64,000 nt of DNA from Botryllus schlosseri (taxonomy: Eukaryota). Below are positions 52,013 to 64,000 of the stretch, piece by piece; positions within the stretch are counted from its first letter, which is position 1; each line of letters begins with the position of its first letter. Below the pieces are notes generated by a model. The model was not told the origin of the DNA, made no database searches, and saw only the letters and a list, made by a program, of their open reading frames with translations. Both the position numbers and the translations under genes were made by a program. Location: assembly GCA_051294905.1 (NCBI GenBank), contig CM119371.1, positions 37,264,001-37,328,000 on the forward strand, written 5' to 3'.

Positions 52013-55000
52013 TTGGACAATTTAGCTTAGTTAGTCATACAGGCGTCGCCATGTCTGCTTTTCTATCTGTTTAACCAACGCATTGTGAAATCCAAGATTT
52101 CAAGTCGTGCAATAGTGGGTACAGCGAATTATGATATTGGATAAAATATTGACAGCAACTTTGTTTTTGCCATTGCGTAAAGTTCGTATCGAACTTGACG
52201 GATTAGATTTGTCCGATATTTCCACTGAATAACGTGAAGGTGGCATATTTGCGCTATTATCGAAACATCTATTGTACTACATTGGACTGATAATAATGAG
52301 CAATTATCAGCAGCAAATATTTGATAGACATTTCAAGATTTTTAGTCTCTGAGCTCCTACATCATTCCCAGGGTTCGTCACTGTTTTAACCTCATGAACT
52401 TGTCTCGTCTACCACAAGAATAATTACGCCACAGTCGTTATGAAAATTCAATAAGAGCTTGAGTCAATTTTGATAAATGCGATGGGAATAATGTGTAAAA
52501 TTATCAAAGTTATCAAGTCATCGAAGAGCCATATTTTATCAGTAGAAGAGCCATATATTGCTCGCGAGTCATAGGTTCCCGACCTCAGGGCTGAACATTG
52601 TTTCTAATCATTCGTGTTTAGCGTCTTAAAGGGGCAATTGATTTGCTTGTATAGCAGGTATTGCACTGAATTAACAATAAATTGAGGTGTTTAGCAAAAT
52701 TCCGAATCGAGTTATTTTATGGCATACTTTAAATCCGCACGTAACCTGCTCTTGCTAATTAAATGAATAGATCACGGTCTTTCAAAACCTCACTACATTG
52801 TGGAAGTCCTTCATCGCTATTATTGGTAGCCCGGTATAGAACCACTGCCTTACATTTTATATTACTAGCTGAAGTGGCTAGTATCAAAGTACATCTGCGG
52901 AAATAGAAGGAAAATCATGCGGCCGTCGACACTTAATTCGATTAGGATGTGTTAGCGGCCGTCAATATGCCAATTTAATTTACCAATTGACTCCCAAAAT
53001 TTTGATAGGGGATTAAAAACAATTGGCCCAGCCAAAGATGTAGCACAACATTAATAACTGCCTTAAGTTTTTGAAGACACCCGGTGCATAAACTCTGCCC
53101 GTGAATCTGATCACATGAGCTGAGAAAGAATAATTATGAATAATGAATGAATGAATGCACTCGAGTAAATTTGCCTCTAGCTAGAGTGGGGGTGGGCGAT
53201 TCGCCCTCCAGTTAGTTCATTACGACTATGCACTGGAATGCGGCCGTAGGCTACATATATAAGTAATCGATTGAAGCAAAAAGGTTGGTTATCCCTGCTT
53301 TAGTTACTGAAAAATGTTGTCAGGTATCGTGCGCAGCTCATAGTTCAAAATAGAATGCAAGTGATAATTATGATTTTTTGTTGTATTTGTAATTCCTAAA
53401 TAAAGCATTATTTTTTTTGTGGTAACTATACCCATCATCTATGTTCGAGAGCACAGCGTTGTACTTACTTGAAGTTATCAAATTGTGGCCGTTAAACTGC
53501 GTTACCTATTATTAGCCTACCTCAATATTGAAGTAACGCGGCCCGCGGCCTTTACAAATTTTGAAAAGTGGCCCGTGACCCGTTTTGAGTTGGCAACACC
53601 TGCTGTAGGCCGACAACAATGTCTGTGATAGAGAGATAAACGTTTTAGGGTACTGACATGTCTCACAGCGTTCTTTACAGAATTGTCAATTGCGTTACAA
53701 ACTGTTTGCTTATTGTATTTATAAAGCCAGATTACTCAGATTACAAAAAACATGGCTATATCGAAATCGAAAATCAAATCGCATTAAACCGCGCCTAGCG
53801 AGAAGAAAATTTCAAGAATAATTCCAACCTCTCATTAATTAGGGAGTAAATTCGTAAACTCAATTTGCATATTAACGGCCACCAAATCCTAATCGAATCA
53901 AGTGTCGACGGCCACATAATTTTCATTCTACTGCTGCAGTTTCTCCAGCCGTCGACTAAAGAATCGATATTGGGGTTATCTAGACACGGTACTTGCTGGA
54001 AAACTATCTCCTCGTAAAGCTTGGTCTTTTGGGGAGCCCAAAGTCGTTTTGTAAGTGTCTCGGACCTGGCAGTTGTCGGCCAGACTTACACGCTAAGGCA
54101 ATATGCCCAATTGCCCATGCCCATTCATATCAGAAATTTTTTCCTTCAGGGAATGATATTATCATCGTCCAAGCCGTATCAGCTGGTGAGGGATAGTGAT
54201 ACTGGGCACAGGAGAATAGCTTACTTCGAGCATCAACAAGATTATGTTTAAACCGAAAGAAATTTCAGCACTTCAAAATGATTTACTTCAAGCTTTCTTT
54301 CGAAATTTCAAACCCGGTCGCGGGCAGCTAAATATAACCTCACAGGTCGCGTGCGAGTGACCTCTGCGTTGCACGAAAGTTTTGAGCAAATTCTTTGAGA
54401 TATTTCATCTATTATGACTTGATCACCGTAAAATAATTGTAGTATTATTATTTAATACAAAGTATTGCCAGATATTGTATTTGTAGTTGAAGTATAATAT
54501 TAATTCTTATGTGTACCGCGCTTAACTGAAATAATTACAATGCTCTAGATTTCAAATTGCTATGTATTTTTCAACAGCAGTGTTCTCAATTTTCCAGGTT
54601 CTGAAAATTGGAGGAAGAATCGCTATGAAGCAGGGAATACACGATCCGTAAACGCGTCCGACTGTTTCTCTCCTCAAAGAAATAAAGAGCAGAAAGAGCA
54701 CGAATGTGAAAAGTCGCGTCCGTTCGCGTATTTCCATCGTCAGGCGCTATGTAGTAGACGGGAAAACTATTGTGGGGTTTGGTTAGCGCTTATCTAAGGT
54801 TTCACTGGTTAAATTCGGCGCTCTATTTGCTAAATGTCGCGGTAAAATAGCGGTAGTGTCATCAGGTATCAATATTGACGATTAAAAGACCATTTGTTTG
54901 TGGTCATGGATTTGTTCGGCCTGTATGCAGTACTTTCTGATGGTAACTTGCTGGGCTTGTTTTCTCTAACTCCTCATGATAGTTATATTGCTTCTAGTAA

Positions 55001-56168
55001 GACTGTCGCTTCTAATGCTTCATCTTATCATTCCTACGAAGGTTTCGCTCGCTCGCTTGACAATGTTTTTTCTCTCTGCACCAAATACTGCTAGGTCAAA
55101 TACTTCCCAGGCTGAGTGTCACTGCAGCCTAAGAAATTGTGCACTAATCACTCAGGCAGTATTCAGACACTTGTAAATTTCTATCACTACATCCATGAAA
55201 TCTTGCATCAGCCTCTATTATTTTGAATTTCGTTATATCCCAATTCAATTGAATTCAAGAGCTGATTGTGTCATCTATTAAATAGGATTATTTTGATATC
55301 CTGTATCTAACATGTATCAATTTTTCATCGGAAGCTACATTTTTGTAACCCATTGCAGCGATATTATCCACTCAGCTATGTTTTTAATTCTCATTTCAAT
55401 GTATTATTGGTCATCTTGCTTCTTAAAGACTGTCAATTCTAATAATTTGGTTTTGTCCACATCAGTACCTCCACTCAAATGTTTGTTCTCTGTACGTAAT
55501 ATTGTTAAGTCTTCAGTTTTTCCGGCCGAGTATCACTCCACTTTCAAGACTTGAGTATCTCTCCAACCTAAACAAAGTGCAGTTTGCTATACCTGATAGA
55601 TAAATGCTTCAGTCACGAAAGCCATGCAATCCGCTTACCTCAGCTTCTACTTTCGTACTTTTTATTATTATATTAAAATTTGGGTGCTCTTGGTTCGGTC
55701 TATTGACTATAGTCAACTTTTGATGTGCCGTATCCTAATATGTATCATTTTTTGCATTGTAAGCTGCATTTTGTCATAGTAACTCCAATATTTTATATTT
55801 GCCTACACTTAATGTTATTTTATAAATCATTGCAGTGACATATTATCCACTGAGCTATGTTTCTCAATCCTCATTTTAATGTATTGTTAGATATCTTGCC
55901 TTTTTTAGAATGTCAATTCTAATTTGCTTTTGCTCATTGTAGTGATTTTTTTATAATACAAGGTGATGGGTAGTGGATACCATTGCACATGCGTCGGCAG
56001 CTATTATGATCAGGTATACCTAAATAGGTGAAGCAGGAAGGGGTGTGTCAGGGTGGTCTTTTAACCAGCGGATCTACATCCCGCGCGATGTGGAGAAAAT
56101 GGTATCTACAATATAAAAGTACGTAGATAAGCTGTTGAATTGAGTCGACATAAAATCGCCCTTCCGAC

Positions 56169-57160
56169 TAGGGACGGTGCGATAACCTCTGGAAAGTTCC
56201 GGTTCGTGTGAACGCGAACCTTTTTGAAAGGTTCTGTGTGAACGCGAACGTGAACCTCATGACGTCTCGTGACGTCATACTGCCAATTCCAACTCATACA
56301 TTTTAGTGAATTGATAGCCTTGCGATACCTAGTGACGACGCGGGCCACATTATAAGGTCACAATGCATAAATACATATAGTAACGTTTTAAACGTCTACA
56401 GATGTATCAACTGGGGCAATCAATTGATATAATCATCCCAGAAAATCAATATTTTCTGTCGCTTTGAGAGCAATTTCGACGAGGACTTGCAAGGGAATAT
56501 AAGCTTACGCCTTAACGGTCTAGGCCAGACTGGACAATGTATTCGGCGTCCGAGTATGGCTACGTTGATATTGAGCAGAGTGTAAAACGGGTTTCTACAC
56601 TTGCTACCGATATTATCGCAATAACAAGTTATACAGCAGTAGCCAATACCCCACTCGCACGAATTTGGTTTTTATGATAAAATAAACATGAAATCAATGT
56701 TGGCCCCGTACGCTTGCTAGATTTTTTACATCAGACATCGATATTAATTTCATTGATTGGTTGTATAAGCATCATTCGCTGACTACCGAAATGCAGTGTA
56801 TTTCGCTCTTGATGTTGAGTGATTGCGGGTCAAGCTCGCAGCAGAGAGTGACCAAATATTCACAAACGGAATGCTAGATATTTCGAGCAAACAAAGCAAG
56901 TAAAATTTTTGAGATGGTCAAGGTTCATGCTCGTTTAATGTTTTTTTATGCTGCCAGCGCCAAGCATAGTGTGGCCCGCAGTTGAAATGCAATAACTTTT
57001 AACCAAATATGTTTTAATGAAGTGAAAACTGTAATATATGAAAAAGGTTGACAGTGCAGAACCTATCAAGGTTCGTTTGTGAACGTGAACCTCTAAATTT
57101 CTGCGGTTCACAGCTCACACACTGAACGCGAACGTGAACCTCACGTTCACACCATCCCTA
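56169..57160. mobile_element. Second copy of the 13231-14189 element
   Basis: TAGGGACGGTG / CACCATCCCTA, flanks CTTCCGAC / CTTTCTAC. Confidence 0.88.
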
Positions 57161-58107
57161 CTTTCTACCGACCTACCGGGCTCACATATCTACCAAATCA
57201 GAACATCTTTTCTGCATCTCTGGTCTATAAATTGATTGCTGGGGTGATGTTTGAAAGTGTGAATAAATAGTTTGCTGTGTTTTGTCTGTTAATTGCGTAA
57301 ACTCCATGTAACATCATTTTAAGGAATAATACTCACTGCACCATAGCATAGAAAGCAAACACTAGCGAAAAATATCATTTTCCGCGGCGCACAAGGCCGG
57401 AAACGGCGACAAGCACAACTCAAAATTCAACATTACCAATATTAATTATAACGATAATAGCAATAATGTAATGAATAAGCAATTCCTAGGAAAAGTGTTT
57501 TGACATCACTGATATGAATCATTAATTTTGAAAGGTATTAAAATTCATCGCATCTGACATTCAAGAGTAACACGCTGGTTTACGGTACTGATTTCTAACT
57601 GCGCTGTGGCGCCAAAATCGATCATAAGTGACGACGAGTGTTGTTCTTCATAATCGCACAGGCAGACTGATCTGGAAGTGTTTATTGTCAAAACTTGGGG
57701 GTTCCTAACCATTTCTACACCGTTGCCCCGTTTGAAAATTTTTGTAAGTATGTGACTCCTCATTCATTTCAACTTTCAACCTAAAATAATTTAGAAACGG
57801 AAGGATATTTCAATTTACCAACCTGGTTCATAAAGTTATCGACTGATAAAATGATGTGAATAGAACACACAATGAACATAATTGTAAAAGTATATTAAGT
57901 ATTTGTTCCATATTGAGTCAATGTGATGGTTAAGCTTGTTTTGCTCTGACAATGCCCTAATAGCTGGTTTGATAATTGGTAACTTATTGCTGTACACGAT
58001 TCGGATTTTAGAAGGCTTTCTGTGTCGTGAAAACGGTCGTATCACCAGGGCAGATATTCGCAAAAGAGTGTGTGATTACATCGTATCCGGAGTTGTCCGG
58101 ATAGTCT

Positions 58108-58408
58108 TCACTCGAAATTCTCTTCGCAAACCTCGCACAGATATCGACGACGACGCGTAAGTGATGACAGATCGCATTGTACGAAGAGCAGCTTTGAGAT
58201 ATCTTCGGCGTCTACACGCCCACAAACCTCATCGCCCATGGTTAATCCTTCCTGATCTAACTCCGCAGTAAATCCGGCACCAGACGGGTCGGTGTCTTCA
58301 GAAGATCCGACGAACTCCATGGACACGACACCCGACGGTGGATTTGCCTGTCCTTTCACCCCAATCCAGAAGGTCATGCCAGTGGTGCCGATATCCCGCA
58401 TCGTTTCG
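58108..58408 (-). CDS. Last coding exon of the C-type lectin-like domain gene
   Basis: Acceptor TATTCCAG|C matches phase 2. Reads ETMRDIGTTGMTFWIGVK...EVCGRV...VQCDLSSLTRRRRYLCEVCEENFE*, with the WIG motif and C...C...YLCE ending of a CTLD. Confidence 0.85.
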
Positions 58409-58486
58409 CTGGAATATTACATGAAAGCGTTTGAGGAATGAACCTTATTGTAACAAACTACCTAACGCAGCGCAGCATAGTGCCAA

Positions 58487-59333
58487 TGTGGCAGCCGTGC
58501 TCTATACTGCCCCTTACGTCAGTTGTAGTATTATCGCATCGTGCTTTCACTTCCTCTTTTGCCTCTGGCCGCTTCGGCGGCCAGACGTATAATAAAAGCT
58601 CTGCAGCAGTTGTTGAATCGTGTGTGATCAACTACAGACGGAGGTCTGCTACAATGGCGAGCACGCTAAAAACGTTACTTCATTAATTTGGCTGCAAGTC
58701 TGAAGATTCCTGGACAGTAACGGTATGCTGAAAGTTGGCGGAAATTCGATTACGGCATTGGCTATTTGAACCGATTGAAGAAGCAGTTTTGCATCGATAT
58801 GAGAAGTTTGAAGACTTGACTGATGGCTTCACTTCGTAATGACTGTTTCACTGGCGGAACTGATGTGAGCGCGCGTGGAGGGGATGGAGCTTGTGACTCT
58901 CCCGGTCCGATGTCATGAAGAGGGGATGGAGCATGTGACTCTCCCGTTGATGTGGCGCGGCGTTGTTAGGGTTTTAGTTTAGGGAATTGTTCACTGATGT
59001 TAGTTTAGGGTTAGTGTTCTGCTAATGTGATGCGGTCATGCGGATGTTTGCGATTTTGTTGGTGATTTTGAACTTGTCGGTTTTGATGTTGATGTTGCTG
59101 TTTTTTTTTTTATTGTAGTTTGTGAGAGTGCTTTTATAGGCACTTCTCAAGTTTGATGGGGAATAGTGTGGCAGCCGTGCTCTATTCTGCCCCTTACGTC
59201 AGTTGTAGTATTATCGCATCGTGCTTTCACTTCCTCTTTTGCCTCTGGCCGCTTCGGCGGCCAGACGTATAATAAAAGCTCTGCAGCAGTTGTTGAATCG
59301 TGTGTGATCAACTACAGACGGAGGTCTGCTACA
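58487..59333 (+). mobile_element. Miniature non-coding LTR retroelement (TRIM-like), 847 bp
   Basis: 167-bp direct repeats 58487-58653 and 59167-59333 (TGTGGCAG...CTGCTACA, one difference seen, contain AATAAA). PBS-like TGGCGAGCACG one base after the 5' LTR, purine tract GATGGGGAATAG before the 3' LTR, 4-bp TSD CCAA. Confidence 0.92.
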
Positions 59334-59407
59334 CCAACACCAGAGTTGCAATGACTCTAGTCAACAGTTTCTGCTGAATCGACTTGACACGAGTCAGTTC
59401 CATGACT

Positions 59408-60322
59408 CAGTGTTGGGATGACTCGAGTCACCTTTTTCGCATGACTTGACTTGACTCGAGTCACTTTGCTAAAATGACTTGACTTGACTTGACTCGGCGT
59501 ATCAGAAATATGGATTGACTCGTGACTCGGAGCAAAATTCACGAGTCAATTTCAAGTTATCAAGAAATCGATGTCGATAACAATCACTGTATCTTGCATA
59601 TGTTCGGATTGTTCGCGAAACGCTGGTGTAACCCGAGAGAGCGACCAATCATTCAATGATCGTGGGTTTCACTGAGCCTGGATTGTTATCTCACAAATAA
59701 ATTGACCGCAAACGAAGTGATCGATGCTTACAGCTTACGCTGTCGTAACTCTGGTATTAAAGTAATAAAATGGCAAAATGTCTAAATGTCTATTTCCGTT
59801 CTCTGTTCTTACCTTAACCAATAAACTTATTGTTTTATTGAAATTGAATTCGAATATAGTTTATTTAGTCATCAACCATTGGCGCAAGCTCGAATTGTAT
59901 CATGTATATTTGTATATGGGTAATGTATTGCATATTATCAATTCGTTTCTCTATTCTCTATTTTGACTGGTAACTATAAACTGTGGCTAAACAATTACGT
60001 AGTTTACCAGTTCTACGTATATGTGAGTGATACAGCGCCTTCTTGCGTGTATATCCAACTCTATATTCGTTCATCGGTTCGGAAACAATGACCACTCAAA
60101 CTGTATTTCAGAGAGCTAGGAAATTGCAATGACGTAGTCATGCCTCATACATACTTCAAAAAGGCAACTTGACTTGAAATGTGACTTGAATCGTGACTTG
60201 ACTTGACTTGACTTGACTCGAGTCACCTGCAAAAATCGATTGACTTGACTTGACTTGAGTCAAAATGTGCAATGACTCGAAATGACTCGTGACTCGAAGG
60301 TAGTGACTTGATCCCAAAACTG
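59408..60322. mobile_element. hAT-type MITE with GACTT/GACTCGAGTC subterminal arrays
   Basis: TIR CAGTGTTGGGAT / ATCCCAAAACTG, perfect TSD CCATGACT. Inserted into an older GACTCG-rich element starting at 59341. Confidence 0.93.
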
Positions 60323-61016
60323 CCATGACTAGAGTAGGCTAAAAGACTCGACTCGCTTTTTGAATTGACTCGACATAGTCATATGACTCGAGACAATTCG
60401 GGCCAAAAGCTATCGTTTATCTGTTCGAATGCAACTAGATGCAAGTATGAAAAAAAGTGCATGTAAGTAAAAAAGTAAGTAGCCTATTATGCACCTTATT
60501 TTTCCAAAAACACTGAAAACTTTGAAGTACAGTGGCAGTAAATCTTTACAGACCAACACTGGTTACGGCTGGGACATATGAATAGTATGTATAATCGGTC
60601 GTGGTGTGGCAGGGGCTCTTATCGTGCGGTGGCGTGTCATATGGAAAACCCGCGTTGGCAAGTTGTACTTTCAGACCCCCCTGCTGCGTTGGCATGTCAA
60701 CAATAACCGTGCACGCAAACTAACATTTCAAAAAGGTGTTAAATATTTGTAAACTCCTACGATCGCTCACAAGATAACACCTCAGACATAGTCATCTCTC
60801 GTGACTTGGTGTCATAGGCATAGCGATCACTCGCACAGTAATATTTAGGGATTTAGTTGTCACAGAATCCGCTTTCACTGGAAGAATAATAAGTATAATA
60901 GGTAACGAATAACAGAACCGCCACCGGCGGGGACTTGAATACCAACAAATTGTCACTTATTTCCGTCCTAACCCTAATCCTTTGTGAGGTTACCGCATAT
61001 TCAAATAGGTGTGAAA

Positions 61017-61936
61017 CAGTGTTGGGATCAAGTCACTACCTTCGAGTCACGAGTCATTTCGAGTCATTGCACATTTTGACTCGAGTCAAGTCAAGTCAAT
61101 CGATTTTCAAAGGTGACTCGAGTCAAGTCAAGTCAATCGATTTTTGGCGGTGACTCGAGTCAAGTCGAGTCAAGTCAAGTCACGAGTCAAGTCACAATTC
61201 AAGTCAAGTTGCCTTTTTCAAGTATGGGGCATGATAAGGTCATTGCATTTTGCTAGCTGTCTGAAATGCAGATTGGGTGGTCATTGATTTTGAACCGATG
61301 AACGAATATAGAGTTAAATATACACGTAAGAAAGCGCTGTATCGCTCACATATACGTAGAACTGCTTAACCACAGTATATAGTTACGAGCCAAAATAGAG
61401 AATAGATGCGAATTGATAGGAAGCAATACATTACCCATTTGTAAATCAATATGATACAACTCGACTCTGCGCCAATGGTTGAGGACAATATAAACTATAT
61501 TCGAATTCAATTTCAATAAAACAAGAAGTTTGGTTAAGGTAAAACAGAGATAAATTACTTTACCATACTAGTTTACGACAACGTAGCTGTAAGCTTCGAT
61601 CACTTCGTTTGCGATCAATTTATTTGTGAGGCAATGGAGGCACAGTAAAACGCACGATCATTAAATGATTGGTCGATCTCACGGTTACACCAGCGTTTCG
61701 ATAACAATCCGAACATATGCAAGATTCAGTGATTTTTATCGACATCGATTTCTTGATGACTTGAAATTGACTCGTGAATTTTGCTCCGAGTCACGAGTCA
61801 ATCCATATTTCTGATACGCCGAGTCAAGTCAAGTCAAGTCATTTTAGCAAAGTGACTCGAGTCAAGTCAAGTCATTCGAAAAAGGTGACTCGAGTCTGAC
61901 TCGAGTCAAGTCATGACTCGAGTCATCCCAACACTG
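61017..61936. mobile_element. Second copy of the same MITE in opposite orientation
   Basis: TIR CAGTGTTGGGAT / ATCCCAACACTG, perfect TSD GTGTGAAA, interior is reverse-complement similar to 59408-60322. Confidence 0.93.
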
Positions 61937-62892
61937 GTGTGAAATAATTGTAAAATCCTGCGATCGCTCCCAAGATAACACCTCAGACATAGCCATCTCT
62001 CGTGGTAATATTTTGGTAATTAGTTTGTCGCAGACGGTGATTCGAAAACCAACAATATGACACTTTCTGGCGATTGCTATATGTTTTCACACCTCTGGAA
62101 TAGAGGTTGACTTTAGTTGTGTGATAAGAATCATGAGAATACTCTATCAATGTGCTAATTCGCCAACTTGAAATCCGAATATGTTAATTTACCGCCTTGA
62201 TATTAAGATAATATTATTTCAGATCCATCAAATAGATTTTCTTACTTGTCTGTTTGATTATTCACATATTGATTTGAAACACGCAAACTCATGAATTCCT
62301 ACAACTTTATTAGCAAGCCAGTTATTTATTCGTAGTTGGAAATGTTATCGTTAAAGTACATCTTACCATACTCAAAAGAATCATTCACAACAACATTAAC
62401 CAGAGTTAAAAATCTAGTTTTCACTTACTTGATTATATCATTACAACTTGCAAACGTGAATTAATTCATCCTGGTTGTATTCATATGACCGGTAATTTTT
62501 ATTCAACTGTAAAAGTCGTTACTATTCTATAACACAAAGTAATTACTACTCGGTGCATACGACGAGATTTGAATACTCAGTCAATGATAGCAATTCCCAC
62601 CAGTGAATCCGCATGTTATAATGTAAGACATCTGGATGTGAGAAACTCTTCACGGTCGTAGTTATTACCACATTGATTTACTAACTTATCCGACTTACTC
62701 AAAGAAAAGTAGACACGATTTCGCTAATATACACAATCATTACAACTGTCAACTATATTAATTAATCTCGGTCGTATTCACATATCACAGACCTGTGTTT
62801 TTATTTCACCTGTAAAATGTAATTGAAATCATAAGATAATCGAAGTAAAATGCTCATTGCGAACGTGCATATCAAAATCAAAAGAAGCTCAC

Positions 62893-63053
62893 CCTCTTTG
62901 ACCAGCCGTATTGGAGAATGCGGTCGTTGCGAGTCTACCACCTTCTATCAGGCTTCCACATTCAGCTTGGGCGTCGTTCCAATTTTTAATATCAAGGGGC
63001 AGAAAGTAGTAGCAGTCATCTGGACCCTCCTGCCTCCAACCGGCCAACGGGTT
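62893..63053 (-). CDS. Penultimate exon of a C-type lectin-like domain gene (N-terminal half of CTLD); earlier exons not found in the window
   Basis: Minus-strand acceptor TTTCTTTAG|AAC and donor GG|GTGAGC (phase 2). Reads NPLAGWRQEGPDDCYYFLPLDIKNWNDAQAECGSLIEGGRLATTAFSNTAGQR, the typical GW..CY.F...W.DA..C..G.LA pattern. Not in the ORF track. Confidence 0.85.
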
Positions 63054-63232
63054 CTAAAGAAAACAGATCGCTCAATGTCAATGGATACGAAAGCCATAAA
63101 TTGACAACGAATGCGATTTGTAGGAAGGTTAGTTTTCTAGGTACGGTTCTACTTCGATTAATTCGCTCAACTAGACTGCGCGCGTCAAGATATCTGCTAT
63201 CGGTCGGTGTGTTTGGAAATAATATCCTAGAC

Positions 63233-63480
63233 CAGTGGTCGGGAACCTTTTTCGTCCGAAGAGCCATTTTGGCCCAATTTTTTCCATTTTAACTCCCAAA
63301 GAGCCATATATGTCAATCAACTGTTACGTCACGATTTAAAATTTGTGACGTCATCGTAGCACTTATACAATCTCACTACAGGGCATTCATCGTGTTGCCT
63401 CCTTTTTTCTGTAAAAACTCGTACTAATCATGCTGGTATAACCTTATTCGAGCATGCAAACCTTGAGTTACGAGAACGTA
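63233..63480. mobile_element. Left part of a Charlie-like MITE related to 47631-52588
   Basis: CAGTGGTCGGGAACCTTTT after TCCTAGAC, GAGCCAT motifs. Right boundary not located. Confidence 0.65.
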
Positions 63481-64000
63481 GCTTCGTAGTGATGCTCCTA
63501 TTAAATGCGAGAACCCGTGGTCACATGCGTAAGTGTAGCCAAACATGGTCACTACAGCAGTATATACCCAATGTAAGGAGCGTTACATCAGTGAGGCAAT
63601 TCGTCACCTGTCGCCAGGATGAGTGAGCGAAAATTGTGAAACCTTCAATTGCCATTGGTATTTTTTATCGATATTCATGAATGACTGAATTTTGAACATT
63701 TTCCTCCCTAAATTAGGAAATTTGCATATTTCTCATTCGAAAATAAAGCCTGAAACGATAGGCTATGCACAGACGGGCCAAGCTTCACCATTAGTACCGC
63801 AATTCATCGTAAATAGCTTAGAATTTATAATAACTGATGTTACTTGAATGTAAGATGGTCGCACTGATTCCGAATATCTAAATACTGCTCGACTTTTCAA
63901 TTCTCAAAGTGTAAGGCGGGAACATGTAACGTTGCGCCACACGCCTACATTATGTCGCTGGTACTACAAAACGACTTACCTATCAAGAACGTGGATAGTA

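Larger units (their letters stand above)
47631..52588. mobile_element. Charlie/Buster-like hAT MITE split by three later insertions
   Basis: Left end CAGAGGCCGGGAACCT after GTCTAGAT, right end AGGTTCCCGACCTCAG, GAGCCAT subterminal motifs at both ends, related copy starting near 63233. TSD is degenerate. Confidence 0.65.

Noticed and set aside
57936..58162. Plus-strand exon ending at GTAAGT (58157)
   Set aside because: Overlaps the better-supported minus-strand lectin exon and its 3' UTR.
59341..61936. CRISPR-like array from repeated GACTCGAGTC words
   Set aside because: No constant repeat-spacer period, context is eukaryotic, and the words are MITE subterminal motifs.

Overview
AT-rich, repeat-dense eukaryotic DNA from an invertebrate animal (a tunicate is plausible from general style but not provable here). 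Most short ORFs in the track are noise. Host genes: (1) a 3-coding-exon gene on + (36849-38919, 477 aa) with a Ser/Pro-rich N-terminus and an unusual Cys/His-rich C-terminal domain; (2) the last two exons of a C-type-lectin-domain gene on - (63053-62893 spliced to 58408-58108); (3) an orphan, mutated last exon of a fibrinogen-related gene (46313-46471). The rest is largely non-autonomous transposons, often nested: several hAT-type MITE families with 8-bp TSDs, foldback elements, tRNA-derived SINEs and an 847-bp miniature LTR element (TRIM). The most notable items are a 3.5-kb P/Galileo-like element (228-bp TIRs, 7-bp TSD) carrying an intact spliced non-transposase gene, a 46-bp hairpin with the same termini and TSD length, and a dispersed repeat carrying a minimal type I hammerhead-ribozyme motif (about six copies). 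All alignments were done by eye and family names are from recalled motifs, not database searches.
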